A DNA stretch of 63,662 nt, the filler included. It is 5 parts of 5 records of this genome, joined end to end, with 100 filler letters (N's around TTAATTAATTAA, not from the genome) between each part and the next. Parts side by side here need not be neighbours in the genome. Positions count along the whole stretch, not along the records: positions 40,955 to 55,559 come from SRR20825006_2957; positions 55,660 to 63,662 come from SRR20825006_2963; 3 more parts are not named here. One strand, written 5' to 3'. Under the pieces are notes generated by a model. It ran no database searches and was not told where the DNA came from. It was given only the letters and a program-made list of their open reading frames with translations. This document shows, one piece after another, positions 53,350 to 62,074 of this stretch (position 1 is its first letter; each line of letters begins with the position of its first letter). Made by a program: the position numbers and the translations under genes.

Positions 53350-53664
53350 TTATGGATCTTCGCCAGGTTTGGTTGTGAACAGATCGGCCCATTCGGGATG
53401 CTTGGCGTATTGGCTGCGCACAAAGGAGCAAATCGGAATAATGCGGAACCTAGCGCGGCGCGCATCCTCCAGCATGTAGTTCAGCAGGGCCTTGGCAACG
53501 CCATGCCCGCCCATTGTGGCGGGCACGCCGGTATGATCCGCACTGATGATGCCCGCGCCCTGATGGCGAAACGTGATCTCGGCTTCGGCGTCGATCCCGG
53601 CGAGACGGGCGACGTATCGCCCGCGCCGTGCGCCATCTTCTTTTGACAGTATGAGGTCGGTCAT
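53350..53664 (-). CDS. YjdJ-like small GNAT protein
   Basis: DHTGVP..MGGHGVA and IIPICSFV motifs. Confidence 0.85.
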   Translation of the reverse strand: MTDLILSKEDGARRGRYVARLAGIDAEAEITFRHQGAGIISADHTGVPATMGGHGVAKALLNYMLEDARRARFRIIPICSFVRSQYAKHPEWADLFTTKPGEDP

Positions 53665-55217
53665 GTCGGTTCTCCTTGCGGGATCTTTGCCAGCCATTTT
53701 GCGGCGATGCGCACATCTTCGGGCGACAGGTCGTGTCCGGCATTGATAATCTGGGCATTGAGCGTCGCGCCGCCCGACCTGAGGGAGGCTTCCAGCGGCG
53801 GGACCATGCGCCCGAACGGGTCCTGCGCGCCAGTCAAAAGTAGAACGTCGCTGTGAGCCAGCTCGGCTGTTGGTGCGTCTTCGAGCGCCTCGATCCCACG
53901 CAGCAGGATGGCGCGTTGCACCACACCGGGATACAACCGCAAGATTGCACCCAAGAGGTTTGCCCCGTTGGAATACCCAAGGAACGTCGTCGTTTTGGGG
54001 TCGATCCCGTAACTCCGGGTCGCCCCATCGACGAAAGCCACAAAGGCGCGCGCCTCTGCACGGATGTCGTCCTGATCATAGGTCACGGCGTCAAAGCGGC
54101 GGAACCAGCGCGTGATCCCCTCTTCGGTGGCTCTGCCACGAACCCCCAAAAGAGTGGCGCGCGGATTCAGCTTGGCGGCCAAAGGCATCAGATCGGCTTC
54201 ATTCCCGCCGGTGCCATGCAACAGCACAATGGTAGAGCCGTCGGGGTTTTCCGGCGTATGGAACCGGTGAACAAAGGGCAGGTCTCTCATGGGTCTCCTT
54301 TCCTCGCCCGGACGGGCAAATTGCGGCAGGGTCACGCGTAAATCAGCGGTGCGCGCCACATCTGTGGCCGGGATCATCAGGGTCTCACCCAGATGGGCGG
54401 CGTCTTCATCCACGGTGAAACCGGGGGCATCGGTGGCGTATTCGACCAGCGTTCCCATCGGTTCCCGCACGTAAAGCGACAGGAAATACTTTCGATCATG
54501 CACATTGGTCACACCGTTCTGGGTCACACCGTCCTGCGCGCGCAGGTCCAGTCGCATCTGGCGAAGGGCATCGACATCACGGGCTCGAAAGGCCACATGG
54601 TCGAACATACCCGTGCCGGGGAGTGCCGGAACGAACCCTGCCGAGGCCCGCACATCCACCACGTCCCGATCCGACCGCAACCGGATGAACGGCCCGTCTC
54701 GCAACGCTTCGGAATAGCCAAACCGCGCCAAAAAATCCGCCGTCGTCTGCGCATCCTCCGACAGCAGGGTCACGCCGTGTATCCGTGTCGGCGCGACGGG
54801 ATCGGTCAGCGGGGCGGCGGCCGGAGCGTCGCCGCCCACAAGTTTCACGACAATCCCGTCGGGATCGCGCAGCCGCAGCACCGTTTCGCCCAGTTCCCGC
54901 GTCGGTCCGCTGGCTTGAATGCCTGCGGTCATCGCACGGGTCAGCCAATCGCCCAGGCTGTTTCTGGGCACCGTAAAGGCGACCTCAGACAGCGCGCCAA
55001 GACCGACGCGGCCCGGTGCGCCGTCCTGCCAGACCAGAAAGGTTATGATCGAACCCGGACTGCCCAAAGCATCACCATAGAACAGGTGCAATTGCTCTGC
55101 GTCCTCGTAGCCGCCGGTCTGTTTCACCAACTTGAGGCCAAGAAAACCGGCATAGAAATCGACGTTCTTTTGAACATTGCGTGTGATTGCGGTGACGTGA
55201 TGGATGCCGGTTGTCAT
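53661..55217 (-). CDS. VOC dioxygenase fused to an alpha/beta-hydrolase esterase (MhqO+MhqD-like)
   Basis: GIHHVT, DHVAF and EYATD, then LLHGTGGNE, GYSNGA, QDPF and GHDL. Confidence 0.85.
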   Translation of the reverse strand: MTTGIHHVTAITRNVQKNVDFYAGFLGLKLVKQTGGYEDAEQLHLFYGDALGSPGSIITFLVWQDGAPGRVGLGALSEVAFTVPRNSLGDWLTRAMTAGIQASGPTRELGETVLRLRDPDGIVVKLVGGDAPAAAPLTDPVAPTRIHGVTLLSEDAQTTADFLARFGYSEALRDGPFIRLRSDRDVVDVRASAGFVPALPGTGMFDHVAFRARDVDALRQMRLDLRAQDGVTQNGVTNVHDRKYFLSLYVREPMGTLVEYATDAPGFTVDEDAAHLGETLMIPATDVARTADLRVTLPQFARPGEERRPMRDLPFVHRFHTPENPDGSTIVLLHGTGGNEADLMPLAAKLNPRATLLGVRGRATEEGITRWFRRFDAVTYDQDDIRAEARAFVAFVDGATRSYGIDPKTTTFLGYSNGANLLGAILRLYPGVVQRAILLRGIEALEDAPTAELAHSDVLLLTGAQDPFGRMVPPLEASLRSGGATLNAQIINAGHDLSPEDVRIAAKWLAKIPQGEPT

Positions 55218-55301
55218 GGAGCCCCCCGTTGGAAACAAATCTCTGTCAGCCAAATGGGGACGTCACAACAGTCTCTCAACACTGACAATATGGAACCCTG
55301 C

Positions 55302-55318
55302 GTTCCATGGTAACGAAC
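55302..55318. promoter_or_regulatory. Second putative LysR site
   Basis: GTTCCATGGTAACGAAC, the same GTTC-N9-GAAC pattern as 49368-49384. Confidence 0.6.
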
Positions 55319-55377
55319 AGCTATTGCTTTTCAAGGGCGCGGTTTTGCGGCTAACCTGAACCTGAAAGGAGAGTGCC

Positions 55378-55559
55378 ATGAGTTGGAACCCCGCTCTTGA
55401 CCCCGGCTGCCCCGACGAGATCGGTGTGGATGCCATCGAGACCCTGATCATACCGCGCGCCCGCGATCTGGGCGGGTTCGAGGTGCGGCGCGCCTTGCCC
55501 GCGCCAAGGCGTCAGATGGTCGGCCCGTTCATCTTTTTCGACCAGATGGGACCGGCCGA
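55378..55559 (+). CDS. Pirin-family protein, truncated
   Basis: [12 protein letters not shown]...[13 protein letters not shown] motif. Confidence 0.9.
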
Positions 55560-55659
55560 NNNNNNNNNNNNNNNNNNNNNNNNNNNNNNNNNNNNNNNNN
55601 NNNTTAATTAATTAANNNNNNNNNNNNNNNNNNNNNNNNNNNNNNNNNNNNNNNNNNNN
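55560..55659. other. Artificial contig linker
   Basis: N44-TTAATTAATTAA-N44. Confidence 0.98.
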
Positions 55660-56232
55660 TGAGGTTCCGTTGATGCTGGTTCTCGTTCGGATTGCCAATC
55701 AAACCCGGGGACGGTTTCCGGCCTAGTTAGGGGCCGCTCAGTAGGTCCACTTTTAAACAAAAGCGAACGTTCGCAGCGCCGCTAATTCCTCACTTTACTC
55801 ACACTGAGTTGGTCAAGAAACAAGGCTTCATGATCGCCTGTAAGCGATCAAATGGCGTCATCAACAAAGCAAGAAATAAAGTGTTCGATTACGTTGGGCG
55901 GTTCCATGAATTCAGGAAGCGAATCAGAGACGCCGCTCGGGATCTGAAGTTATACGCCTTTTTGAGACCGTCCGTGGGAACGGAGTATAACCCCTATCTG
56001 GTGGTTGGGGAGGCAGGCGAGAGCCAGGTTTTCCATTCGTTTCCGGAAATAAGTCGATACCTCCAAGCCTTTCTCGATGATTATGAGGCTAAAGGCTGCA
56101 AAAGATGCCACTACACGAATCTTGCGGTTTCGTGGTTTAAAATCACAATAATTCTGGTATTTAGAATGCCGAAATCTAGTGCATATTAAACCTTTTTGCT
56201 GTCCGGTTTAAAAAATCGTGTATATTGGGATT

Positions 56233-57003
56233 ATGAATACCGTTAGAAAGGCAAAATTAAACACGCTTTTGAGCTCGCAGCCCGCAGGCATCGTGCTGAC
56301 GTCCTCATGGCTGGCCGAGCAAGGCTATAGCCTAGAACTGCAAAAGCAGTATCGAAAAAGCCAGTGGTTTGACTCGATCGGTACCGGAGCATTGGTGCGC
56401 CATGGTGATCCGGTAGACTATCTGGGCGGAGTTTATGCTCTGCAAACTCAGCTGGGCCTGACGGTGCATCCTGCGGGCAAAACCGCCTTGTCGATGCAGG
56501 GCAAGTCTCATTATCTCGAGCTGTCCGCAAAAAAGGCGCAACTCTTTGGCGGGGCCGATGACGCTTTGCCGTTGTGGTTCAAAAAACATGAGTGGGGACT
56601 CAGCCTTGATTGCAAGCTGAGCTCGTTTCTGCCGCCCGAACTCGGGCTGGTTGAATACGCGCATAAGAGCTTTAAGGTCAAGATATCCTCACCCGCCCGG
56701 GCAGTGATGGAATGCCTGTATCTGGCTCCCAAGGCGCAGCCAATACTTGAAGTGTTCGAGCTGATGGAAGGGCTCAATAATTTGCGCCCTGCCGTTGTGC
56801 AAGCGCTCCTAGAGGGCTGTAACTCGGTCAAGGTGAAGCGGCTGTTTTTGTATCTGGCCGATAAGGCCGGTCATGACTGGCTGGCGTATCTCAAGTTAGA
56901 CAACGTGGATCTGGGCTCGGGTAAGCGCGCCATCGTGTCCGACGGTGTTTATGTCTCCAAATACCAGATTACCGTACCAAGGGAGCTGGAAAAGCACGTA
57001 TGA
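56233..57003 (+). CDS. abiEi: Type IV TA antitoxin, AbiEi family
   Basis: wHTH-like N-terminus, TALSMQGKSHYL, SSPARA.ME.L, C.SVKVKRLFLYLA and LGSGKR motifs. Confidence 0.85.
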   Translation: MNTVRKAKLNTLLSSQPAGIVLTSSWLAEQGYSLELQKQYRKSQWFDSIGTGALVRHGDPVDYLGGVYALQTQLGLTVHPAGKTALSMQGKSHYLELSAKKAQLFGGADDALPLWFKKHEWGLSLDCKLSSFLPPELGLVEYAHKSFKVKISSPARAVMECLYLAPKAQPILEVFELMEGLNNLRPAVVQALLEGCNSVKVKRLFLYLADKAGHDWLAYLKLDNVDLGSGKRAIVSDGVYVSKYQITVPRELEKHV

Positions 57004-57899
57004 ACGAGACTTACAAAAAACAGGTCCAGTTGCTCTTGGCGGTCTTGCCAGAAGTGGCCAAAGAAGAATGCTTTGCCATGCATGGCGGCACGGCGATTAA
57101 TTTGTTCGTCCGTGATATGCCTCGGCTCTCGGTGGATATTGATCTGACCTATGTAGAGCTGAATACCCGGACGGAAGCGCTGGCCGGGATGAACGCCGGA
57201 TTACTCCATGTCAAACAGCGCATCGAGGCACTGCGCCCGTCGATCCGTGTTCAGCATAAGGAGGATGTGTGCAAGCTCCAGCTTGAAGAGGGTGGGGTGA
57301 CGATCAAGATCGAAGTGAATATGGTCGGGCGCGGTCTGCTGGGCCGCGTTGAAAAAATGCCGCTCTGCGACGCGGCGCAAGACGCCTTCGATGCGTTTTG
57401 CGCAATGCCAGTGGTGCCATTGGCGCAGCTTTATGGCGGTAAATTATGCGCCGCGCTTGATCGCCAACATCCTAGGGATCTATTCGACGTCAAATTGCTG
57501 CTGGAAAACGAAGGCCTCAGTGATGAGATCAAGCGAGGTCTGTTATACGGGCTGATCTGTTCGAACAGACCGACCCATGAAATGCTGGATCCGAATTTGT
57601 TGGATCAGCGCGCCGCTTTTGAAAACCAGTTTGAAGGGATGAGCGCTATCGCTTTCAGTTATGACGACTTTGAGGTGACGAGGCGGGCTTTAATCGAGCA
57701 GGTCAGATCTTGCTTTGATGATCAGGATAAGGCGTTTTTGTTCGGTCTTAACCGTTTGCGACCTGACTGGTCTATTTATGATTATCAGGTGTTTCCCGCG
57801 GTGAAATGGAAGCTTCTTAACCTGGAGCGCTTTAAAAAAACCAGGCCGAATGAGTATGCTCAGCAGCTCCAAGCGCTGGACGATGTGCTGAAACCCTGA
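57000..57899 (+). CDS. abiEii: AbiEii nucleotidyltransferase toxin
   Basis: HGGTAINLF, RLSVDIDL and GKLCAALDRQHPRDLFD motifs; overlaps the antitoxin stop. Confidence 0.9.
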   Translation: MNETYKKQVQLLLAVLPEVAKEECFAMHGGTAINLFVRDMPRLSVDIDLTYVELNTRTEALAGMNAGLLHVKQRIEALRPSIRVQHKEDVCKLQLEEGGVTIKIEVNMVGRGLLGRVEKMPLCDAAQDAFDAFCAMPVVPLAQLYGGKLCAALDRQHPRDLFDVKLLLENEGLSDEIKRGLLYGLICSNRPTHEMLDPNLLDQRAAFENQFEGMSAIAFSYDDFEVTRRALIEQVRSCFDDQDKAFLFGLNRLRPDWSIYDYQVFPAVKWKLLNLERFKKTRPNEYAQQLQALDDVLKP

Positions 57900-58221
57900 G
57901 GTCGGGCTCTTCTCACTTCGGAGACCATTAAGTCGTTGTGTGCCGCACTCTTGGCGGTCTTCATCTTTCGTTGATGTCGGGAGATGATGCCAAACGATCG
58001 CAGGCACGGCGACGGCTTTTTCATTGCAGCTTTGCCTCCATTCTGTAGCCGCGCATGCTGGCTGGCGTTATTCCAAAATCTAAATGTTCGCTTTGCGACC
58101 CGATCGGCCGTCCTCCTATTAATCTCTTATTTATCAGAATGGCTGAAGAGCTTCACTTTGGAGGTATCCCTTTCGTCGAAGATCAGTTGTCATAGATATA
58201 ACCGCTCAAACCAAGCCGATG

Positions 58222-59166
58222 TTAACAGTGTGACTTTAAAGTATTGTATTTATTGAGCGCTCTTTTGAGTACATTGTCGCCGCTCACAAGTATCACACCC
58301 AGAATTACCAGCGTACTTCCTCCGAGGAAGCTTGTTTCCAAGGGCTCGGAAAGGAGCCACGCCCCCAGTAAAACTCCAAAGATCGGTGTCATGAACGACA
58401 GGATACCAATGGGAGAGACGTGATAGTTGCGCAGCAGCCAGAACCAGATCAGAAAAGCCAGAAAGGCGACAAAAATACCCTGAAAGGCGATGCTGCCAAT
58501 TGCGATAGCGCTGGGAACAAAATCAAGCTGATCGGTCGCAAAGGCGGCGACGAGTAGCAGAACGAATGCCATTAACAATTGGTACAGAAGCGTTTCCCGG
58601 GGAGAGATCTCAGACAAACGGGAGGTTCTTATTACAACCGTCGTCGCTCCCCAGGCAGCGCCTGCCAATACGGCAAGAGCGTCCCCAAGAAGAATGCCGG
58701 AAAGGCCGTCAACTGAGACGCCGGATTCTCCACCCATGAAAGCAAGGGCGGTGCCCAGGAACGCTAGCCCGATGCCAGTCCATTGCAGCCGGCTCATCCG
58801 TTCGGTCGGAATGAGGAAATGCAGAATCAGGGCTGCAAATACGGGAGCGGTGTACAGAAACACCACGGCATGGGAAGCAGAGGTAAACCGGAGTGCTTCA
58901 CCGAGAAACAAATATTCCACAGCGAACAGAACCCCCACCACTAGGCCCGGTTTCCAGTTACCTGCCTTGAGAGAAACGGGTTCCCGCTGCACCACCATGT
59001 ACAGCCACACCAGGAGAGCACCAACACCGGAGCGGATCGCAATCTGGAGGATGGGTGCAACGTCAGAGGCGGCGGCTTTGAGTGCGACTTGCTGCATGCC
59101 AAGCATCAGACAGAACAGCACCATTAACCCAAAGGCCCTGGTGTCGGGGGGTTGTCGTTCTTGCAT
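58222..59166 (-). CDS. EamA/DMT transporter
   Basis: About 10 TM segments; LYTAPVF and SFMTPIFGV motifs. Confidence 0.88.
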   Translation of the reverse strand: MQERQPPDTRAFGLMVLFCLMLGMQQVALKAAASDVAPILQIAIRSGVGALLVWLYMVVQREPVSLKAGNWKPGLVVGVLFAVEYLFLGEALRFTSASHAVVFLYTAPVFAALILHFLIPTERMSRLQWTGIGLAFLGTALAFMGGESGVSVDGLSGILLGDALAVLAGAAWGATTVVIRTSRLSEISPRETLLYQLLMAFVLLLVAAFATDQLDFVPSAIAIGSIAFQGIFVAFLAFLIWFWLLRNYHVSPIGILSFMTPIFGVLLGAWLLSEPLETSFLGGSTLVILGVILVSGDNVLKRALNKYNTLKSHC

Positions 59167-59269
59167 GAGTGCCTCCTGTTGATTGGGAACCTGGAGACAT
59201 TATCTGGCTGTCGAGAAATCGACATATACTTTAAAATGGACAAAAGATTGATTGAAAGAGACAGTTCCA

Positions 59270-60067
59270 ATGGTTTCATCGGAAAAACACCACCGAACAC
59301 CACCCTTCACCGATGCACTACCTGAACAAATTGTTTTCCGGGCCGCCGATATGCCGGCGGATTCGGAGTACCCAAAGCACGCACATGACTGGGGCGAATT
59401 TGTCTATTCCTATCGCGGTGTCATGGAGGTGAAAATTGGCGGGCAACATTACCTGGCGCCCTCCCAGTACGGGCTCTGGCTCCCGCCAAGAATTGAGCAT
59501 CAGGGGCTGAACCGCTATGAGGCCAGCCACTGCTCCCTCTATGTCTCAACGCCCTACACTGAGCACTTACCAAAAGTGCCCTGTGCCCTCGAAATCACCC
59601 CCCTAACCCGCAGCATCCTGGAGCACTTGAAAGCCCACCCTTTATCAGTTCCATACTCTGACGATGAGACCCGCCTGCTTCGGGTCCTCGTGGATCAATT
59701 GATTTCGGCCAACTGTGCGGGCAGCTACCTACCTGGGTCAGCGGACCCGATATTGGGCCCCATTCTCGATTTTATCGAGCGTAATCCTGGTAATAACGAT
59801 CCGCTCGCCGAGTTGGCTGGACGCTTCAACACAATCGAACGAACGGTTATGCGACGAGCCCGGCGGGATCTTGGTATGCCATTGTCTGAGTGGCGGCAGA
59901 GAGTCAGGGTGGTGGAGGCGATGAAACAGCTTGACGCTGGCCTCAAGGTTGAAAGCATTGGTCTCGACTTGGGCTACGCCAGTGCCTCGGCGTTTATCGC
60001 AATGTTCAAGAAGCGAACCGGGATGACGCCCGATGAATATCGCCGAGGTCAGAGAAGCGTAGGATGA
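59270..60067 (+). CDS. AraC-family regulator with cupin domain
   Basis: HAHDWGE and LGYASASAFIAMFKK.TG.TP motifs. Confidence 0.9.
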   Translation: MVSSEKHHRTPPFTDALPEQIVFRAADMPADSEYPKHAHDWGEFVYSYRGVMEVKIGGQHYLAPSQYGLWLPPRIEHQGLNRYEASHCSLYVSTPYTEHLPKVPCALEITPLTRSILEHLKAHPLSVPYSDDETRLLRVLVDQLISANCAGSYLPGSADPILGPILDFIERNPGNNDPLAELAGRFNTIERTVMRRARRDLGMPLSEWRQRVRVVEAMKQLDAGLKVESIGLDLGYASASAFIAMFKKRTGMTPDEYRRGQRSVG

Positions 60068-60088
60068 CCGCGGGGCCCGACAAGCCCG

Positions 60089-60610
60089 TCAAAATGCTTT
60101 GGTTTGATCACCCGCTGGTTGCCGGGGGGCACGATTTGGGACCAGATCGCGGGCTGTTCTCCCCCAATTGGGACCGACTTCGACACGAACGTCCCGAGCC
60201 GTTATTGCCTCACCGCATTCGGAGCAAGTAGTCACCGGAGCCATGCGGTTCCCGCAGGATTTATGGATGTGTACGAGGGGAGCTCCACGCTCATCGGTCA
60301 TGTAAGTGTTGCCCCAATGCACCAGTGCCATGATTACCGGGTGCAGGGCGAGTCCTTTTTCGGTCAGGCGGTATTCCTCTCGAAGTGGTTTTTCCTGATA
60401 CGGAACTTTGGTCAGTACATCGTTCTGAACGAGCTTTTTCAGCCGGTCCGTTAATACATGACGGGTAATGCCAAGCCGGCTTTCGAACTGATCGAATCGA
60501 CGTACTCCCAGAAAACAGTCCCGCAGGATAATGAGTGTCCAGCGATCACCGACAACAGCCAAGGCTCGGGCCACTGAACACGGCTCTTGATCCAGCTCTT
60601 CCCAACGCAT
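60089..60610 (-). CDS. HxlR-family winged-helix regulator
   Basis: CSVARALAVVGDRWTLIILRD and EYRLTEKG motifs. Confidence 0.9.
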   Translation of the reverse strand: MRWEELDQEPCSVARALAVVGDRWTLIILRDCFLGVRRFDQFESRLGITRHVLTDRLKKLVQNDVLTKVPYQEKPLREEYRLTEKGLALHPVIMALVHWGNTYMTDERGAPLVHIHKSCGNRMAPVTTCSECGEAITARDVRVEVGPNWGRTARDLVPNRAPRQPAGDQTKAF

Positions 60611-60646
60611 GTCTTAACTCCTCGTGGATTTCGCCGTCATTTTAAC

Positions 60647-60696
60647 TTGACAGGTTCCAAAAAGGAACTGACTATTATTGAGTTCCAAAAAAGAAC
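60647..60696 (+). promoter_or_regulatory. Sigma-70 promoter with two tandem operators
   Basis: TTGACA (60647)-17 bp-GACTAT; GTTCCAAAAAGGAAC at 60654-60668 and GTTCCAAAAAAGAAC at 60682-60696. Confidence 0.7.
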
Positions 60697-60722
60697 CCGA
60701 AGGTAGCAAGGGGCAAAGAGTT

Positions 60723-61457
60723 ATGACAAATAACGAACAACAAGTGGCAGTCGTGATCGGTGCCGGCGATGCGACTGGTGGGGCGATCGCGCAGCGATTT
60801 GCCAGAGAAGGCTATGTGGTTGTTGCAACACGGCGTCATCAGGATGCGTTAGCTCCGCTCGTCCAGGAGATTGAAGAAAATGGCGGTCAGGCCATCGGGC
60901 TGGGGTGCGATGCTCGTGACGAAGAGGCTATGTGCGGTCTGTTCTCAAAAATTGAGTCGGAAATTGGTGACGTCGGTGTTGTGGTGTTCAACATCGGTGC
61001 CAATGTGCAGTTTCCGATTACCGAGACAACCGGACGTGTTTACCGAAAGGTGTGGGAAATGGCCGCATTCGCGGGCTTCCTTGCCGGCAGGGAGGCGGCC
61101 AAAGTTATGCTGCCGCGAGGCCGGGGAACCATCATCTTCACGGGTGCTACGGCTTCCATGCGGGGCGGCGCAGGTTTTGCCGCGTTTTCCAGCGCCAAGT
61201 TCGCCTTGAGAGCCCTGGCTCAGAGTATGGCCAGAGAACTGGGGCCCAGAGGTATTCACGTGGCGCACTCAATCATCGACGGTGCGATTGACACCGCATT
61301 TATCCGAGAAAACTTCCCAGATCGCTACGCACTGAAAGCGCAGGGCGGAATCCTCGATCCCGACCATATTGCCGAACAGTATTGGCAGCTCCACAAGCAA
61401 CCCAGAGACTGCTGGACCCATGAGCTGGACCTCCGGCCCTGGATGGAAACCTTTTAG
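60723..61457 (+). CDS. Short-chain dehydrogenase/reductase (atypical)
   Basis: GAGDATG, TGATAS and FSSAK motifs (Phe replaces the catalytic Tyr). Confidence 0.88.
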   Translation: MTNNEQQVAVVIGAGDATGGAIAQRFAREGYVVVATRRHQDALAPLVQEIEENGGQAIGLGCDARDEEAMCGLFSKIESEIGDVGVVVFNIGANVQFPITETTGRVYRKVWEMAAFAGFLAGREAAKVMLPRGRGTIIFTGATASMRGGAGFAAFSSAKFALRALAQSMARELGPRGIHVAHSIIDGAIDTAFIRENFPDRYALKAQGGILDPDHIAEQYWQLHKQPRDCWTHELDLRPWMETF

Positions 61458-61468
61458 GGAGTGACGCC

Positions 61469-62074
61469 ATGACTCAAGTAATCGATTTCTATTTTGATGT
61501 GGGAAGCCCCGCCAGTTACCTGGCCTGGACACAGCTGCCCACGCTGGCTCAAAGAACACACTCAGTCATACGCTGGAAGCCCATGCTGCTGGGGGGCGTC
61601 TTCAAAGCTACTGGCAACCAGTCGCCGGCGATGAATCCAACGAAATCCCGCTATACACGCATGGATATGGAACGTTTCGCTCGGGCTTACGGTGTGCCCC
61701 TCAACTTCAACCCCCATTTCCCGATAAACACGCTGCTACTGATGCGGGGTGCTGTCGGCTTTTTGGGGGCTCAAGAGTTCCATCGGTATCTGGAAGCGGT
61801 GTTTCGCGCGATGTGGGTTGATCAGAAGAACATGAATGACCCCGAAGTCGCGGCTGACGTGCTGTACCAGGCAGGATTCAATCCCGACAAGGTGCTGGCT
61901 CTTTGTGAAGACCCGTCCGTCAAGGCGGAACTCAAACAGTTCACCGAAGAAGCGGTGGGGCGTGGTATCTTTGGCGCTCCTACGTTTTTCGTTGGGGACG
62001 AGATGTTCTTCGGACAAGATCGAATGCCACAGTTGGAAAATTATCTTTCATATAGGCAGGGGGCAGAGTTTTGA
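61469..62074 (+). CDS. 2-hydroxychromene-2-carboxylate isomerase / kappa-GST (DsbA-like)
   Basis: FYFDVGSPASY, GIFGAPTF and FGQDR motifs. Confidence 0.88.
   Translation: MTQVIDFYFDVGSPASYLAWTQLPTLAQRTHSVIRWKPMLLGGVFKATGNQSPAMNPTKSRYTRMDMERFARAYGVPLNFNPHFPINTLLLMRGAVGFLGAQEFHRYLEAVFRAMWVDQKNMNDPEVAADVLYQAGFNPDKVLALCEDPSVKAELKQFTEEAVGRGIFGAPTFFVGDEMFFGQDRMPQLENYLSYRQGAEF

Noticed and set aside
55809-56189. 126-aa ORF upstream of abiEi (also 57984-58256 and 63300-63551)
   Set aside because: No recognisable motif, RBS or family resemblance; cannot be supported as real genes.
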